Assembly (NCBI GenBank): GCA_030748415.1
Contig: JASMMA010000014.1
Span: forward strand, 180 to 64,179
DNA length: 64,000 nt
Direction of reading: 5' to 3'
Source of the DNA: Planctomycetota bacterium
Lineage (GTDB): Bacteria; Planctomycetota; UBA1135
Part shown: piece by piece, positions 48,668-59,004 of the stretch
How positions within the stretch are numbered: position 1 is the first letter of the stretch
Layout: each line of letters opens with the position of its first letter
Position numbers and translations under genes: made by a program
Notes under the pieces: generated by a model
Told to the model about the DNA's origin: nothing
The model's database searches: none
The model's input: only the letters and a program-made list of their open reading frames with translations

Positions 48668-50194
48668 ATGACTACCCCCCATGAAGAAACACTTTTCTCC
48701 CTTTGGCGTGAACTCGTGGATGTTTCCTCCGCTTCTGCAGTTTTGGAATGGGATCAGGAAACTTATATGCCCTCAAAAGGCCAAGAGGGTCGCGGACGCG
48801 CCCTGTCCACCCTTGCAGGTATTCGCCACCGATTGGTAACCGCCCCAGAACTTTCCGATGCCCTATCCGCATGCGAAGAGAAGGCCGAACCCGGTTCCGA
48901 CTTGGAGGCCCAATGCCGTGAAGCCCGTCGGACGGTTGACCGTGCAAGCCGCGTTAGCGAAGACTTGGCGAAGGCGCTTGCCGAGGCAACGAGTCAGGGA
49001 CTTGCTAGTTGGCAAAAGGCTCGTGCAGGGTCAGATTTTTCGGTTTTTGAAGAGTCGCTCGGGCGAATTATTGAATTGCGTCGCGAGCAAGCAGAGGCCA
49101 TTGATTCAAGCCGTTCAACTTACGATGTATTGATGGATGAATTTGAGCCAGGTGCAACTGAATCTGCATTAGCTCCTGTCTTTGAAAATTTGTGTGAACA
49201 ATTGTCACCATTAATTTTGGAAGCGGCGAAAAGTCGGCCAGTAGATGAGGCGCCTGCCATGGGGGATTTCCCCGTTGCCGAACAGAAAGCCTTCGGTCTT
49301 TTTGTCGCTGAGCAAATGGGTTTTGATTTTCAAGCAGGAAGGCTGGACGCCACGACTCACCCTTTCTGCTCAGGGTTTCACTCGAATGATGTTCGTATTA
49401 CCTGGCGCCATTTGGAAGGGGATTTCCGGTCTGCTCTTTATGGAATCATGCACGAGGCCGGGCATGGCCTTTATGAACAAGGATTGCCCTCCAAATGGGC
49501 AGGAACGCCGATTGGGGGCGCAGTGAGCTTAGGAATCCACGAATCCCAATCACGGCTCTGGGAAAACCTGGTGGGCAGAAGTCGTTCCTTCTGGAAATGG
49601 GCCCTCCCTCATTTCGTGAAGCATTTCCCCGCAAAAGATGGCCTCACTGTGGACCAGCTTTGGCCCGCATTGCACACCGCACGACCCAGTTTGATTCGTG
49701 TTGAGGCCGATGAAGCAACATACAATTTGCACATCGCAATTCGGTTCGACATTGAGCGGCGTTTGTTCGCTGGCGAAATCAGCGTTCCCGATCTACCCGA
49801 AGCCTGGGACAACGCCTATGAAAAGTATCTTGGCATTCGAGCAGAAAATGCCTCCGATGGTGTTTTGCAGGACATCCATTGGTCGATGGGTGCTTTTGGC
49901 TATTTCCCAACCTATTCCTTGGGAAATCTCATTGCCTGTCAATTGTTTGACGCGGCTGAAAATGAGTTGGGGGACCTGGACGAGGCATTTGCGGTGGGGG
50001 AGTTTGCTCCACTACGCGATTGGCTCGGCGAAAAGGTACACTCCCAAGGCTCCCGATGGAACGCATCGGAGCTGGTTCAAAAAGCCACCGGGCAACCCCT
50101 AACTGCAGGCCCATTTTTGGCCTACATCCGGGATGTTAGCTCCGAGGCTTACGGTCTGGAAAATCCTGCTCCTTCTAGCGGTTCGCGCCGCTAA
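48668..50194 (+). CDS. Carboxypeptidase M32
   Basis: WDQET, HPF, DVRIT, HEAGH, HESQS, IRVEAD, QDIHW, GYFPTY. Confidence 0.96.
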   Translation: MTTPHEETLFSLWRELVDVSSASAVLEWDQETYMPSKGQEGRGRALSTLAGIRHRLVTAPELSDALSACEEKAEPGSDLEAQCREARRTVDRASRVSEDLAKALAEATSQGLASWQKARAGSDFSVFEESLGRIIELRREQAEAIDSSRSTYDVLMDEFEPGATESALAPVFENLCEQLSPLILEAAKSRPVDEAPAMGDFPVAEQKAFGLFVAEQMGFDFQAGRLDATTHPFCSGFHSNDVRITWRHLEGDFRSALYGIMHEAGHGLYEQGLPSKWAGTPIGGAVSLGIHESQSRLWENLVGRSRSFWKWALPHFVKHFPAKDGLTVDQLWPALHTARPSLIRVEADEATYNLHIAIRFDIERRLFAGEISVPDLPEAWDNAYEKYLGIRAENASDGVLQDIHWSMGAFGYFPTYSLGNLIACQLFDAAENELGDLDEAFAVGEFAPLRDWLGEKVHSQGSRWNASELVQKATGQPLTAGPFLAYIRDVSSEAYGLENPAPSSGSRR

Positions 50195-50228
50195 GATTTG
50201 ACCCTCAAATCACCCCCCCCTAAAAAAA

Positions 50229-51344
50229 ATGGCAAAGCACAAAATTGGTTGGATGCCCGGCGATGGCGTTGGGATAGAAGTAATGAACGCAACAAAAACC
50301 GTACTGGATGCGGTTGGACTGGATGCTGAGTACACCCACCTCGATATTGGTTGGGAATTCTGGCGTTCTGAAGGCGACCCTTTGCCCCTGCGGACCATTG
50401 AGGGTCTTCGCGCCTGTGATGCAGCTCTTTTTGGGGCAATTACTTCCAAGCCGAAAGCTGAAGCGGAGGCCGAACTTGCCCCCGAATTTCAAGGTAAGGG
50501 AATGTCCTATCGGTCGCCCATCGTCCGCATGCGGCAAGAGTTTGACCTCTATTCAAACTGTCGCCCTTGCAAGGCATTTGATGGCAACCCTCTTAACTTC
50601 CAAGATGGAATCGACCTTGTCGTTTTCCGAGAGAACACTGAAGGGATGTACACAGGAATCGAATGGAGTCCTGTTGAGGGACCGATTCGTACAGCTTTGG
50701 AATCCCACCCTTCCTTTGAACGATTCAAGTCTGTTCCCCCAGAGAAGATGGCCTTCTCAAGTCGAATCATTACCTGGAAAGGTTCTGAGCGAATCGTTCG
50801 CGCGGCTTTTGAGTACGCAAAGAAACATGGTTACCCCACGGTTACTGTTGTAGAAAAACCCAATGTCCTTCGCGAAACAAGTGGCATGTTCACGGATGCG
50901 GCCAAGGCTGTTGCAAAAGACTACCCTGGAATCGAACTTTGGGAAACCAACATTGACGCCATGGTGATGTGGCTGGTGAAAGACCCACAAAATTATGGTG
51001 TGATTGCAACATCAAACCTGTTTGGTGATGTGGTTTCTGATCTCTGTGCACAACTTGTAGGTGGCCTTGGTTTCGCAGCAGCAGGTAACATTGGTAAAGA
51101 TGTTGCAGTCTTCGAGCCAACCCACGGTTCTGCTCCAAAATACGACGGACAAGATAAAGTCAATCCAATTGCTTGTATTTTAGCTTCACGAATGATGCTG
51201 AGTTTCCTCGGGGAAGCGGAAATGGCGGATGCCGTTGGGAAAGCGATTGCGAAGGTCATCGCTGAAGGAAAGGCCCAGACCTACGACATGGGTGGAAGCA
51301 CAAAGTGCTCCGAGATGGGCGCTGCGATTGCCGCTGCCCTGTAA
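50229..51344 (+). CDS. Isocitrate/isopropylmalate dehydrogenase family, homoisocitrate dehydrogenase-like
   Basis: PGDGVG, YRSPIVRMRQ (resembles fungal Lys12 YSSPIV), RENTEG, NLFGD..SD, FEPTHGSAP. Confidence 0.88.
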   Translation: MAKHKIGWMPGDGVGIEVMNATKTVLDAVGLDAEYTHLDIGWEFWRSEGDPLPLRTIEGLRACDAALFGAITSKPKAEAEAELAPEFQGKGMSYRSPIVRMRQEFDLYSNCRPCKAFDGNPLNFQDGIDLVVFRENTEGMYTGIEWSPVEGPIRTALESHPSFERFKSVPPEKMAFSSRIITWKGSERIVRAAFEYAKKHGYPTVTVVEKPNVLRETSGMFTDAAKAVAKDYPGIELWETNIDAMVMWLVKDPQNYGVIATSNLFGDVVSDLCAQLVGGLGFAAAGNIGKDVAVFEPTHGSAPKYDGQDKVNPIACILASRMMLSFLGEAEMADAVGKAIAKVIAEGKAQTYDMGGSTKCSEMGAAIAAAL

Positions 51345-51421
51345 AGCTCCATCTTTCGAAATTTTGCGCTCTCGGCTCGGCGGGATAGGGCGGTGTGTTG
51401 TATTGTGGATGCACTTTCCTC

Positions 51422-54400
51422 ATGCGATGCCCATCCTGCGATTTTTCCAACGAAGCTTCGGCTGAATCTTGTTCCCAATGCGGAACACCTCTGTCTCGCG
51501 AGCTCCGGACTGCTGAGTCCATCGAGCTTGAAGAGGTAACTGTCCGCTTTGATGACGACATCGGTTTTTCTGCCGGTGAGACACTCGAACCTGTGGGTGA
51601 CGAAGGCCCTGCCGAAGACTCCGATACTGCGGAACCGAGTGCCTCTTCAGAAGAACAGGTGCCTGTCCCCCCAAAGGAGGACAAGATTGGGGACCTTATT
51701 GGCGACCGATACGAGATTCTTTCCCAGCTTGGCCAAGGTGGGATGGGAGCGGTGTTTCTTGCTCGGGATAACAAAACTGGCCTAGGCGGCCGCCAAGTTG
51801 CCATTAAAAGAATTCTCAAGGCGAGCGAAAGAGGTATTCAACGTTTTCTTCGCGAAGCAGAAACGATTGCGCAGTTGAACCATCAAAATATCCGTGCCAT
51901 TTTCGACCGCGGCGAAGATGAATTGGGTCATTTTCTTGTGATGGAGTTTGTTGATGGCGAATCTCTCCATGACCTTGTTGCCCGCGATGGAGTATTAAAA
52001 GATGACCAGTTTGCAGACATTGTTCGTGGCCTTGCAAGGTCCCTTGCATTTGCGCACCGAAAAGGGGTCATCCATCGTGATGTAAAACCAGCGAATGTCA
52101 TGCTTGCAGAAGATGGCACACCAAAATTGACCGACTTTGGTCTTGCTCGCGCCACAGAAGAATCTGAGTTAAGCATGGAAGGTTTTGGAATGGGAACCGC
52201 CGGTTATGCCGCGCCGGAACAGCGGCGCGATGCCAGCTCTGTCGATCACCGCGCTGATATTTATGGTTTGGGTGCAACGATGTACTTCCTTCTCACGGGG
52301 CGTTCCCCTAAAACCATCCGCGAATCGCGGGTTCCCGAACGCTGGCGGCGAATCACTCTGCGCTGCCTCGAAGAGAAGCCAGAGGATCGTTTCTACTCAG
52401 TGGATGACTTCCTTGATGACCTCGCGGCTGGTGCATCAAGCCAATCCTCAATTACTCGTCAAATTCCTGCAGGCGCAGAATTGTTCGACTGCCCTGCTTG
52501 TGCTACATCGAATGCTGAAACTGCTCAATACTGCCGATCATGCGGTGGTGGCCTCTTTGAGGCATGCCCGAAATGTAGCCAGCTAGATCGAGCCGGCGCG
52601 AGCTTTTGTAGTGGGTGTGGCACAGACATCGCCAACTGGAAACTTTCCGAAGAATGTTTTGCTGCTTCTCGGCACCACCGAGACGCATATGAGTTTGTGG
52701 CGGCAATCAAGGAGGCCCAAGAAGCCCTGAAAACAGTCCCAAGCAGGGGAGATGTTCGTGCCTTTCTCGAAGAGGTAAAATGTGAATACACAAAATCGGA
52801 AGCCGCCCGCGATTCGGCTCGGGCCGCAAGCGAGGAGAAAAACTTTGATTTAGCTGAGTCCTCATGGCGAGAGGTACTTGAGATAATTCCCAAAGATGAG
52901 GAGGCGTTACAAGCCATCGCTGGCCTCAAAGAACGAACGCGGTCCGCTGAGTTCTCCGAGCGACATGCCGTCTTGTTGCGCGCAGTAGCTCAGGGTGATT
53001 GGCGCTCGTCTGTGAGAATTCTGCGCACCCTTCGTGCGTGGGCAAGCGATGAAGATGCAGATGAGCTGCAAGCCGCCGAGAATTCCGTTCGTGGGCTCCA
53101 GCTTGCCAGAGTTAAAGATATGCTTCAGCGAGCCGAAGACGAAGCCTTTGAAGGCGATTACGAAGAGGCTTACCACCTTTTAGATCAGGCCCGGAAAGGT
53201 GGCGCAACCGAGAAGACGGTCGAGCCTATCCGAAAGAAATTTTCAACAATGGAAATTGAAGGAAGCCGCGCCGAGCGCTCACGATTGCGAAAGAAGCGAA
53301 TTCGGAAAACTATCTTTACTCTTTTAATTTTTACAGGCGGGACATTCTTTGGAAGTGTAAAGCTCAGGGATTACAACCAAGGGATTTTGGATAATTCTGT
53401 GGCCCTCTTTCTTGAGCAAAAAAGTGACAGTGACTGGAAGGTCGTTACAAGCCAACTGGGAAAACTTCTTCCTGAGCCCTGGGGGCCCCAAGAGCATGTT
53501 GCCCTAGGAAACATCACCCAAGGCATGATGGGCCGAAAGGATGACCAAGAAAACGAGGAACGAGTTCTTTTGCGCGAGCTATGCCAAAATTGCCCCCCTT
53601 CTCTTGCTGGGGTGAAAGAGCATGCAATGGGAATTCTCCAAAGCGAGGCGAAGGACCGCTTTTGGGATGGTGCCGAACCTGAGAAGCTAGCCCCGAAGGT
53701 GAGTGATGGCACGCTGAAATTAAACATTCAATTTGACTCTTTCCAATCATGCGCCGTTAATGGCAAAATGGTTGAAGCGGAACCGAATGGTGAAGACAAT
53801 GCAACAATCATTGATTTGTCTCCTTGGAAAAACGAACCAGGGGAATTAAGGCTTGAGTTCGTTGACGAGGCCGGATTTGTTATTGCAGGCAAATATTTTG
53901 TCAAGTGGGACAATATTCCTCTTGCTTTAGAACAACCAAAGATTTCGGAACCAATTTTCCCTGATACAGATTTTGAGATTCGCATTAAAGCCCAAGGCAA
54001 AACTCTTGTTGATACAGGTGGGATTCGGATTGAAGGTGGCACCAAAACTGATACCAAGAGAGAATCCGGCGAATTATTGCTGACGGTTCAAGCTAGGGAA
54101 TTGCAGCCTAGCGAAACAGAGGCCACTGTTCGATTGTTTGGAAAGGTAGAGGATAGCGCCGGAAATATTTCTGAGGAGTTTTCTTGGAGCTGGGAGATTA
54201 TCGATAAGCCCCTCTATCAAGCTGGGGAGTTCGCTAAGAAAGGCGACTACCCCGAAGCACTCGAAGCATTGAAGGATTGGCAATCAAAAGAACTGATTCC
54301 AGTTAAGGTTCGAAACCAAATCTATTCGATTTCCGATAAATGGAGTCAGCAAATTAATGAGAAGTCGAAGAGCGCGAGCTTGGATGACTACTTCGAACTG

Positions 54401-56575
54401 AGGCAACAAATTGAATCCATCCAGGGGGCATTGCCTGCAATTCTCGAAGTAGTTCCAGGTGCAGAAGATTTAAGTATTCAGCTAGCAGACCAGTCGCACA
54501 ACCTAGCCATAAAGAACGCAGAGGTTCGGTTCGGATCCACCGTTTCGAAGTGGATGGAGTCATGGAAGCCTCCAGACCCTGCGTCAAATACATCTCTTCC
54601 AGTTAGTCTTAAGGACTTTAAAATTCCTGGGGACACATTTTGGGCACCGATAAAACTAGCGGATCCCAAGGCGCGATTGTTGCCCGTTGAGCTCATTCAC
54701 AAACAAACAGGGCTCCCATTTCAACTCGTTCCCGAGGGAACTCTTCGTGATGGAGAACGCCATGCAATCTTGTCACCCTTTTATATGGCAAAAACCGAAG
54801 TGCCCGCAGATATTTTTAATGGGGGTGAAGCCAATAGTGCTGCAAACAAAATCACATGGGCCGAATCTGATAAGTGGTGTAAGGAAAAGGGGCTAGCCCT
54901 TCCTTCAGAGAGCCAGTGGCTCTTTGCTGCCATGGGGGACACCCAGGGGAAAAAACATCCGTGGGGGTCGTTTGAGGAAATTGAGTATGCCAACCTAAAG
55001 GCGCCTGCTGGCGAAACATCTACTTTGAATCAGCTTGATTCCCATCAAAAAAATGCATCTTGGTGTGGAGTCCTCAATATGGTTGGACATGTGGAGGAGT
55101 GGGTTCGTGATGGAAAAGTGGCGCGGAGTGAAAGAGCATTGGAACTCCTTGATGGCACCCGAGATCCCGAATATTTCGTATCGGGCCAGAGCAAGGGGCG
55201 CATTGCTTTAGGAGGGAGTTTTCAGGACGAGCTAAATGTGCTTAAAGAACTCCGGCAGTATTACCTATTGGATAAAAGTGAAAGCTATATTGGTTTTCGA
55301 CCAATCGCACAGGTGGATTTGAGGGGGCCATCCCTTGCGAGAGGCGAAACCATTTCCGTGAATGGGGAACACCCAGCTGGGGATTCGGTAGAGACTGATG
55401 CCCTCACTTTTGGAGAAGAGGTACGCGTTGCTCCGGGAGGTCCCAATTTCCAATTAAGCAAAGTGAAAGATGGCATTTATAAACTTCGCTTCATCGTTCC
55501 AGATTTCGAAGAAGAAGAACCAAAACCTGAAAGCCTCGAAGTCGTTTTCTTTGATACTTTTAAGAACGCCTCAACATTCCAGTTAGAAATTTCAACATGG
55601 AGCATCGATGCCCGGTGTGAAAAATGGAAACGCGAATGGGATTCCTCCGTTCGTAAATCCAACCAGGTAGTCCCCTTTGAGAAGGCGCACAAGGGTTGGC
55701 TAAAACTTGTGAAGGAAGATTTAGAAAAGGAATACATTGACCAGCCGAATTACGATAAGACCCTGAAATGGGCCCAAGAAAAATACGATGCCCGTCTGCG
55801 TGAAATAAAGGAAGATTTAAAGCGTAAAGACGAGGAAGAAATACAAAAGGATACTAAAGAGCAGAATGAGGAGAAATGGGGCCCTAAAGCTGCAGATTGG
55901 CTCGCAAGGGAAACAAAGAAGCAAGACTTCCCAGTCGATGATGACTTTCGGTCTGGTTTTTCGAAAATCAATAATGTCACCGTTCCGCGAAATCTCGATG
56001 GCACAGGGGGGTTCATCCTAAGAAGGGTAAAGCACGAGAAGAGTGGCCTTAAGTTTATTTGGATTCCAAAGTCGAGTGACAGGGGGGGGTTCTATATTTC
56101 GGAGACCGAAGTTTCCTGGAAAGCTTATGGAGAATCGGGGTCCTTTTCCAATGGGCCTAAACGACCCAATTGGCGACATGATGAAAATCACCCAGTTGTG
56201 AACATCAGCCAAGGAAATGCAAAAAAATGGTGCGACCGAATGGGGCTGAATCTCCCAAGCCAAGCTGAGTGGAATTTTTCAGCATCTGGTCCTAAAGGGA
56301 AGCCAAATAAACCTCAGACCGGTTCGGTGAACATAGAAGCCTTACGCGGCCAAGACTACCCATTCTCTTATACATGTCCCGTTACTAACCCAGGGTTTGA
56401 ATGTTGGGCCGGCGGCTTGAACTGGTTCGGGAATGTCGCCGAGTTGTTGCACCCGGATTCCAAGCAAGTCGCAGTTGGGTACAGTTGGAAAAATAAGAGT
56501 CTTCAAAATGTAACGGAACCAGCTAAGTCAGCGAATCATGTTGGTTTCCGTCCGATTGCTCATCCCCGTCCTTAG
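51422..56575 (+). CDS. Transmembrane Ser/Thr kinase with zinc ribbons, TPR-like region and two FGE-sulfatase (SUMF1-like) domains
   Basis: LGQGGMG, VAIK, HRDVKPAN, DFG, GTAGYAAPE; multiple CxxC; TM after KKRIRK; two FY..TEV/LPS..W/GFRPI domains. Confidence 0.9.
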   Translation: MRCPSCDFSNEASAESCSQCGTPLSRELRTAESIELEEVTVRFDDDIGFSAGETLEPVGDEGPAEDSDTAEPSASSEEQVPVPPKEDKIGDLIGDRYEILSQLGQGGMGAVFLARDNKTGLGGRQVAIKRILKASERGIQRFLREAETIAQLNHQNIRAIFDRGEDELGHFLVMEFVDGESLHDLVARDGVLKDDQFADIVRGLARSLAFAHRKGVIHRDVKPANVMLAEDGTPKLTDFGLARATEESELSMEGFGMGTAGYAAPEQRRDASSVDHRADIYGLGATMYFLLTGRSPKTIRESRVPERWRRITLRCLEEKPEDRFYSVDDFLDDLAAGASSQSSITRQIPAGAELFDCPACATSNAETAQYCRSCGGGLFEACPKCSQLDRAGASFCSGCGTDIANWKLSEECFAASRHHRDAYEFVAAIKEAQEALKTVPSRGDVRAFLEEVKCEYTKSEAARDSARAASEEKNFDLAESSWREVLEIIPKDEEALQAIAGLKERTRSAEFSERHAVLLRAVAQGDWRSSVRILRTLRAWASDEDADELQAAENSVRGLQLARVKDMLQRAEDEAFEGDYEEAYHLLDQARKGGATEKTVEPIRKKFSTMEIEGSRAERSRLRKKRIRKTIFTLLIFTGGTFFGSVKLRDYNQGILDNSVALFLEQKSDSDWKVVTSQLGKLLPEPWGPQEHVALGNITQGMMGRKDDQENEERVLLRELCQNCPPSLAGVKEHAMGILQSEAKDRFWDGAEPEKLAPKVSDGTLKLNIQFDSFQSCAVNGKMVEAEPNGEDNATIIDLSPWKNEPGELRLEFVDEAGFVIAGKYFVKWDNIPLALEQPKISEPIFPDTDFEIRIKAQGKTLVDTGGIRIEGGTKTDTKRESGELLLTVQARELQPSETEATVRLFGKVEDSAGNISEEFSWSWEIIDKPLYQAGEFAKKGDYPEALEALKDWQSKELIPVKVRNQIYSISDKWSQQINEKSKSASLDDYFELRQQIESIQGALPAILEVVPGAEDLSIQLADQSHNLAIKNAEVRFGSTVSKWMESWKPPDPASNTSLPVSLKDFKIPGDTFWAPIKLADPKARLLPVELIHKQTGLPFQLVPEGTLRDGERHAILSPFYMAKTEVPADIFNGGEANSAANKITWAESDKWCKEKGLALPSESQWLFAAMGDTQGKKHPWGSFEEIEYANLKAPAGETSTLNQLDSHQKNASWCGVLNMVGHVEEWVRDGKVARSERALELLDGTRDPEYFVSGQSKGRIALGGSFQDELNVLKELRQYYLLDKSESYIGFRPIAQVDLRGPSLARGETISVNGEHPAGDSVETDALTFGEEVRVAPGGPNFQLSKVKDGIYKLRFIVPDFEEEEPKPESLEVVFFDTFKNASTFQLEISTWSIDARCEKWKREWDSSVRKSNQVVPFEKAHKGWLKLVKEDLEKEYIDQPNYDKTLKWAQEKYDARLREIKEDLKRKDEEEIQKDTKEQNEEKWGPKAADWLARETKKQDFPVDDDFRSGFSKINNVTVPRNLDGTGGFILRRVKHEKSGLKFIWIPKSSDRGGFYISETEVSWKAYGESGSFSNGPKRPNWRHDENHPVVNISQGNAKKWCDRMGLNLPSQAEWNFSASGPKGKPNKPQTGSVNIEALRGQDYPFSYTCPVTNPGFECWAGGLNWFGNVAELLHPDSKQVAVGYSWKNKSLQNVTEPAKSANHVGFRPIAHPRP

Positions 56576-56753
56576 GGGAAGTGGCCAACCACTCTTCGGC
56601 GTCTGCAATAGTGAGGAAGTGGGCCTCCTCTTGGCTGTTTTCTCGCACAGCAGTAAACACATTTACATAAACCGTGTCCTTGGGGAGTTTGAGACCAAAC
56701 TCTGGAAGTCGTTTGCGGGGAATCAGTCGGCGTTGGATGGAGGAGTTTGCCAT
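56523..56753 (-). CDS. Small hypothetical protein
   Basis: 76-aa ORF from MANSSIQ containing HFLTIADAEEWL; overlaps the kinase 3' end by about 50 nt. Confidence 0.35.
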   Translation of the reverse strand: MANSSIQRRLIPRKRLPEFGLKLPKDTVYVNVFTAVRENSQEEAHFLTIADAEEWLATSPKDGDEQSDGNQHDSLT

Positions 56754-56814
56754 TCTGAAAATTCTAACCAACCGATTGGTTTTGTGATTCCCCGCGCCGC
56801 TAGGATTTCGCCCC

Positions 56815-58203
56815 ATGGGACACGACACCGACAAAGCGAACACTGAATACATCTCCTATAAACTTGGGCAGTGGGTTGAAGCCCTCAAGTGGGAAGACCT
56901 CCCAGACGAGGTCATAAACGAACTTCGCCGCTACCTGCTGGACAGTATCGGTTGTGCTTTTGGTGGTTCGCGAACTCCTGATTGGGAGATTCTCCGAGAT
57001 ATTTCCAAAGGTGAAGGTGGCTCTGAGAAGTGTGGTCTGCTTGGTGAGGGCGGCAAGGTTGCGCCGCTTCAGGCGGCATTTTTGAATGCCCTTTCAATTC
57101 GTGCCCAAGACTACAACGACATTTATTGGCAACAGGACCCATGCCACCCAAGCGACTGCCTTTCGGCTCCGCTTGCTGGCGCGGAATTGGCTGGCTTGGG
57201 CGGGAAAGAGTTCCTGTTAGGCATGCTCGTTGCCTATGAAATCGAACAGAGGCTCTGCGAAGTGAGTTTCCCGGGTATCCGAGAGCTGGGTTGGCACCAC
57301 GCAACTTTGACGGCTTTTGCCGCCGCCTATGCCGCGGGGAAATCTCTTGGCCTTAATGCCGGAGAACTTCAACACGCTGCAGGGATTGCTGGAGCCGCAA
57401 ATGTCACCCTTGGCGCAGTGACGGCAGGTCATCTCACTATGATGAAGAACACCGTATCACCCATGGCCACTCGAGCCGGTTTAGAAGCGGCCCTTATGGC
57501 CCAACGCGGATTCTCTGGGCCAGCCCATATTTTTGAAGGGAAAGAGTCCCTCGAGCATGTGATGGATTCAGAGTGGAAGTGGGAAATCTTTGATGATTTG
57601 GGAAGCAATTGGCGGATTCTTAAATGTGGAATGAAGTTCTTTCCCACGGAAGCTTTGACCCACGCCCCGATTTCTTGCACGATTTCAATCTGCCAGGAGA
57701 ACGATTTGTCTGCTGACGACATCGCTGAAATCCGAATCAAAACATTGACCAAGGCGGCTGACATTTTGTCCGACCCTGCCAAGTATCGCCCCACCACACG
57801 AGAATCTGCAGACCACTCATTGCCTTACTGCATCACAATGGGCATCATGAATGGGCGAGTGACACCTGACCTCTTTGATGAGGATGTCGTTCTCGACCCA
57901 CGCGTTTTGGACCATATTGACAAGATTAAGGTTTTCGCCGAACCGGAATTTGAGGCCGCTTTCCCGAAAGTCCAACGGTGCCATGTTGCTATTGATACAA
58001 CTGATGGCCGCAATTTCGAAAAACAAATTGACTGGCCTAAGGGTGACCCACGGGATCCACTCAGCGATTCCGAAATTCGCGCCAAATTTGATGCCCTAGC
58101 TCAAGGACTTTCTTCTGAAATGGGGGACCGGATTTGGGAGGAAGCTGCGAAATTGCCTGAATGTTCCAAAGTTGCGGACTTTACGGCTCTCTTGAAGATT
58201 TAA
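56815..58203 (+). CDS. MmgE/PrpD family dehydratase
   Basis: LLDSIGC, DYND, CHPSD, GWHH, GHLTMMK, TRESADHSLPY, PKGDPRDP. Confidence 0.92.
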   Translation: MGHDTDKANTEYISYKLGQWVEALKWEDLPDEVINELRRYLLDSIGCAFGGSRTPDWEILRDISKGEGGSEKCGLLGEGGKVAPLQAAFLNALSIRAQDYNDIYWQQDPCHPSDCLSAPLAGAELAGLGGKEFLLGMLVAYEIEQRLCEVSFPGIRELGWHHATLTAFAAAYAAGKSLGLNAGELQHAAGIAGAANVTLGAVTAGHLTMMKNTVSPMATRAGLEAALMAQRGFSGPAHIFEGKESLEHVMDSEWKWEIFDDLGSNWRILKCGMKFFPTEALTHAPISCTISICQENDLSADDIAEIRIKTLTKAADILSDPAKYRPTTRESADHSLPYCITMGIMNGRVTPDLFDEDVVLDPRVLDHIDKIKVFAEPEFEAAFPKVQRCHVAIDTTDGRNFEKQIDWPKGDPRDPLSDSEIRAKFDALAQGLSSEMGDRIWEEAAKLPECSKVADFTALLKI

Positions 58204-58571
58204 TCTTCTAGTTTTCGGTCCTTTTTAGTTTGGCCTCTGCGTTTTTTGGCTTCGAGGCGCTTGCGGTCGGCGGAGCGAGGGGGTTTTGTGGGCTTTCGTT
58301 TCTTGGGGCGATAGTTTTTGGCCTTGAGTTTTTGAATGAGTCGTTCCCAGGCGAGTTCTCGGTTCTCAAACTGGCTCCTTCGTTCCGTAGAGGTGACAGT
58401 AATCCCGCTCGGTGGATGAAAAATCCGAACTGCGGTCTCAACTTTGTTCCGGTGTTGTCCGCCAGGCCCGCCCGACCGGAAGAAGGTGACTCGAGACTCT
58501 TTCTCAAGAGTGGCGCGGTCGGTGGGCCAGAGGGGAGCCATGGTGGCTGATTCTGCCATATCCTTGTCCAC
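58200..58571 (-). CDS. arfB: ArfB-like peptidyl-tRNA hydrolase (RF-1 domain, ribosome rescue)
   Basis: RSGGPGGQHRNKVETAV, RSQFEN, basic tail RPKKRKPTKP..RLEAKKRR; start uncertain. Confidence 0.8.
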   Translation of the reverse strand: MDKDMAESATMAPLWPTDRATLEKESRVTFFRSGGPGGQHRNKVETAVRIFHPPSGITVTSTERRSQFENRELAWERLIQKLKAKNYRPKKRKPTKPPRSADRKRLEAKKRRGQTKKDRKLED

Positions 58572-58765
58572 CTGGGTTGTATAGAGAATTTATGATTCCG
58601 AATTCCTTTGAAATCCATGATTCTGTTTATTTTCCAGTGCTTTGTGGACACAAGAAGAAGATTAAGTGTTACCCTTTGGGTGCATCCTGGGGAGTTCTGC
58701 TCTCCTTCCCTCTCCCCCAAGAGGGTCCATCCCCACCCGAATTCATCCCCATCCCCACATCTGAA

Positions 58766-58936
58766 ATGGAATCCGAAAGCCCTCCAGTTGAGAGAACGGA
58801 TCTCTTGCTCTGGCTTGCCATTGCATTGTTGTTGCCAACGATTTATGTTTTGGCTTCGACAGTTTGGGATAGTAACGCTGACCAAATCAAAGCTGCCGAG
58901 GCACAAAATGAACTCGAGCAGCTAGTCAGCGAATAG
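58766..58936 (+). CDS. Small single-pass membrane protein
   Basis: 56-aa ORF MESESPP with one hydrophobic helix and an amphipathic tail. Confidence 0.45.
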   Translation: MESESPPVERTDLLLWLAIALLLPTIYVLASTVWDSNADQIKAAEAQNELEQLVSE

Positions 58937-59004
58937 AGCCACCTGACATCACTCGCTTTCTTTCTCTTTAGAGGATGGAGCGAAGGGCCTATCATTTGGG
59001 TTCC

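Noticed and set aside
54600-56815. Diversity-generating retroelement target (FGE/C-type-lectin domains ending GFR)
   Set aside because: No reverse transcriptase in the window, and I found no template repeat differing only at adenines.
58678-58740. Possible structured leader (GGGUG...CACCC) before the small membrane protein
   Set aside because: Pairing is weak, arises from G/C runs, and matches no aptamer I recognise.
58208-58906. 232-aa minus-strand ORF suggesting a release-factor frameshift
   Set aside because: The ArfB-like frame is complete on its own, and I saw no prfB-like CTTTGA slippery site.
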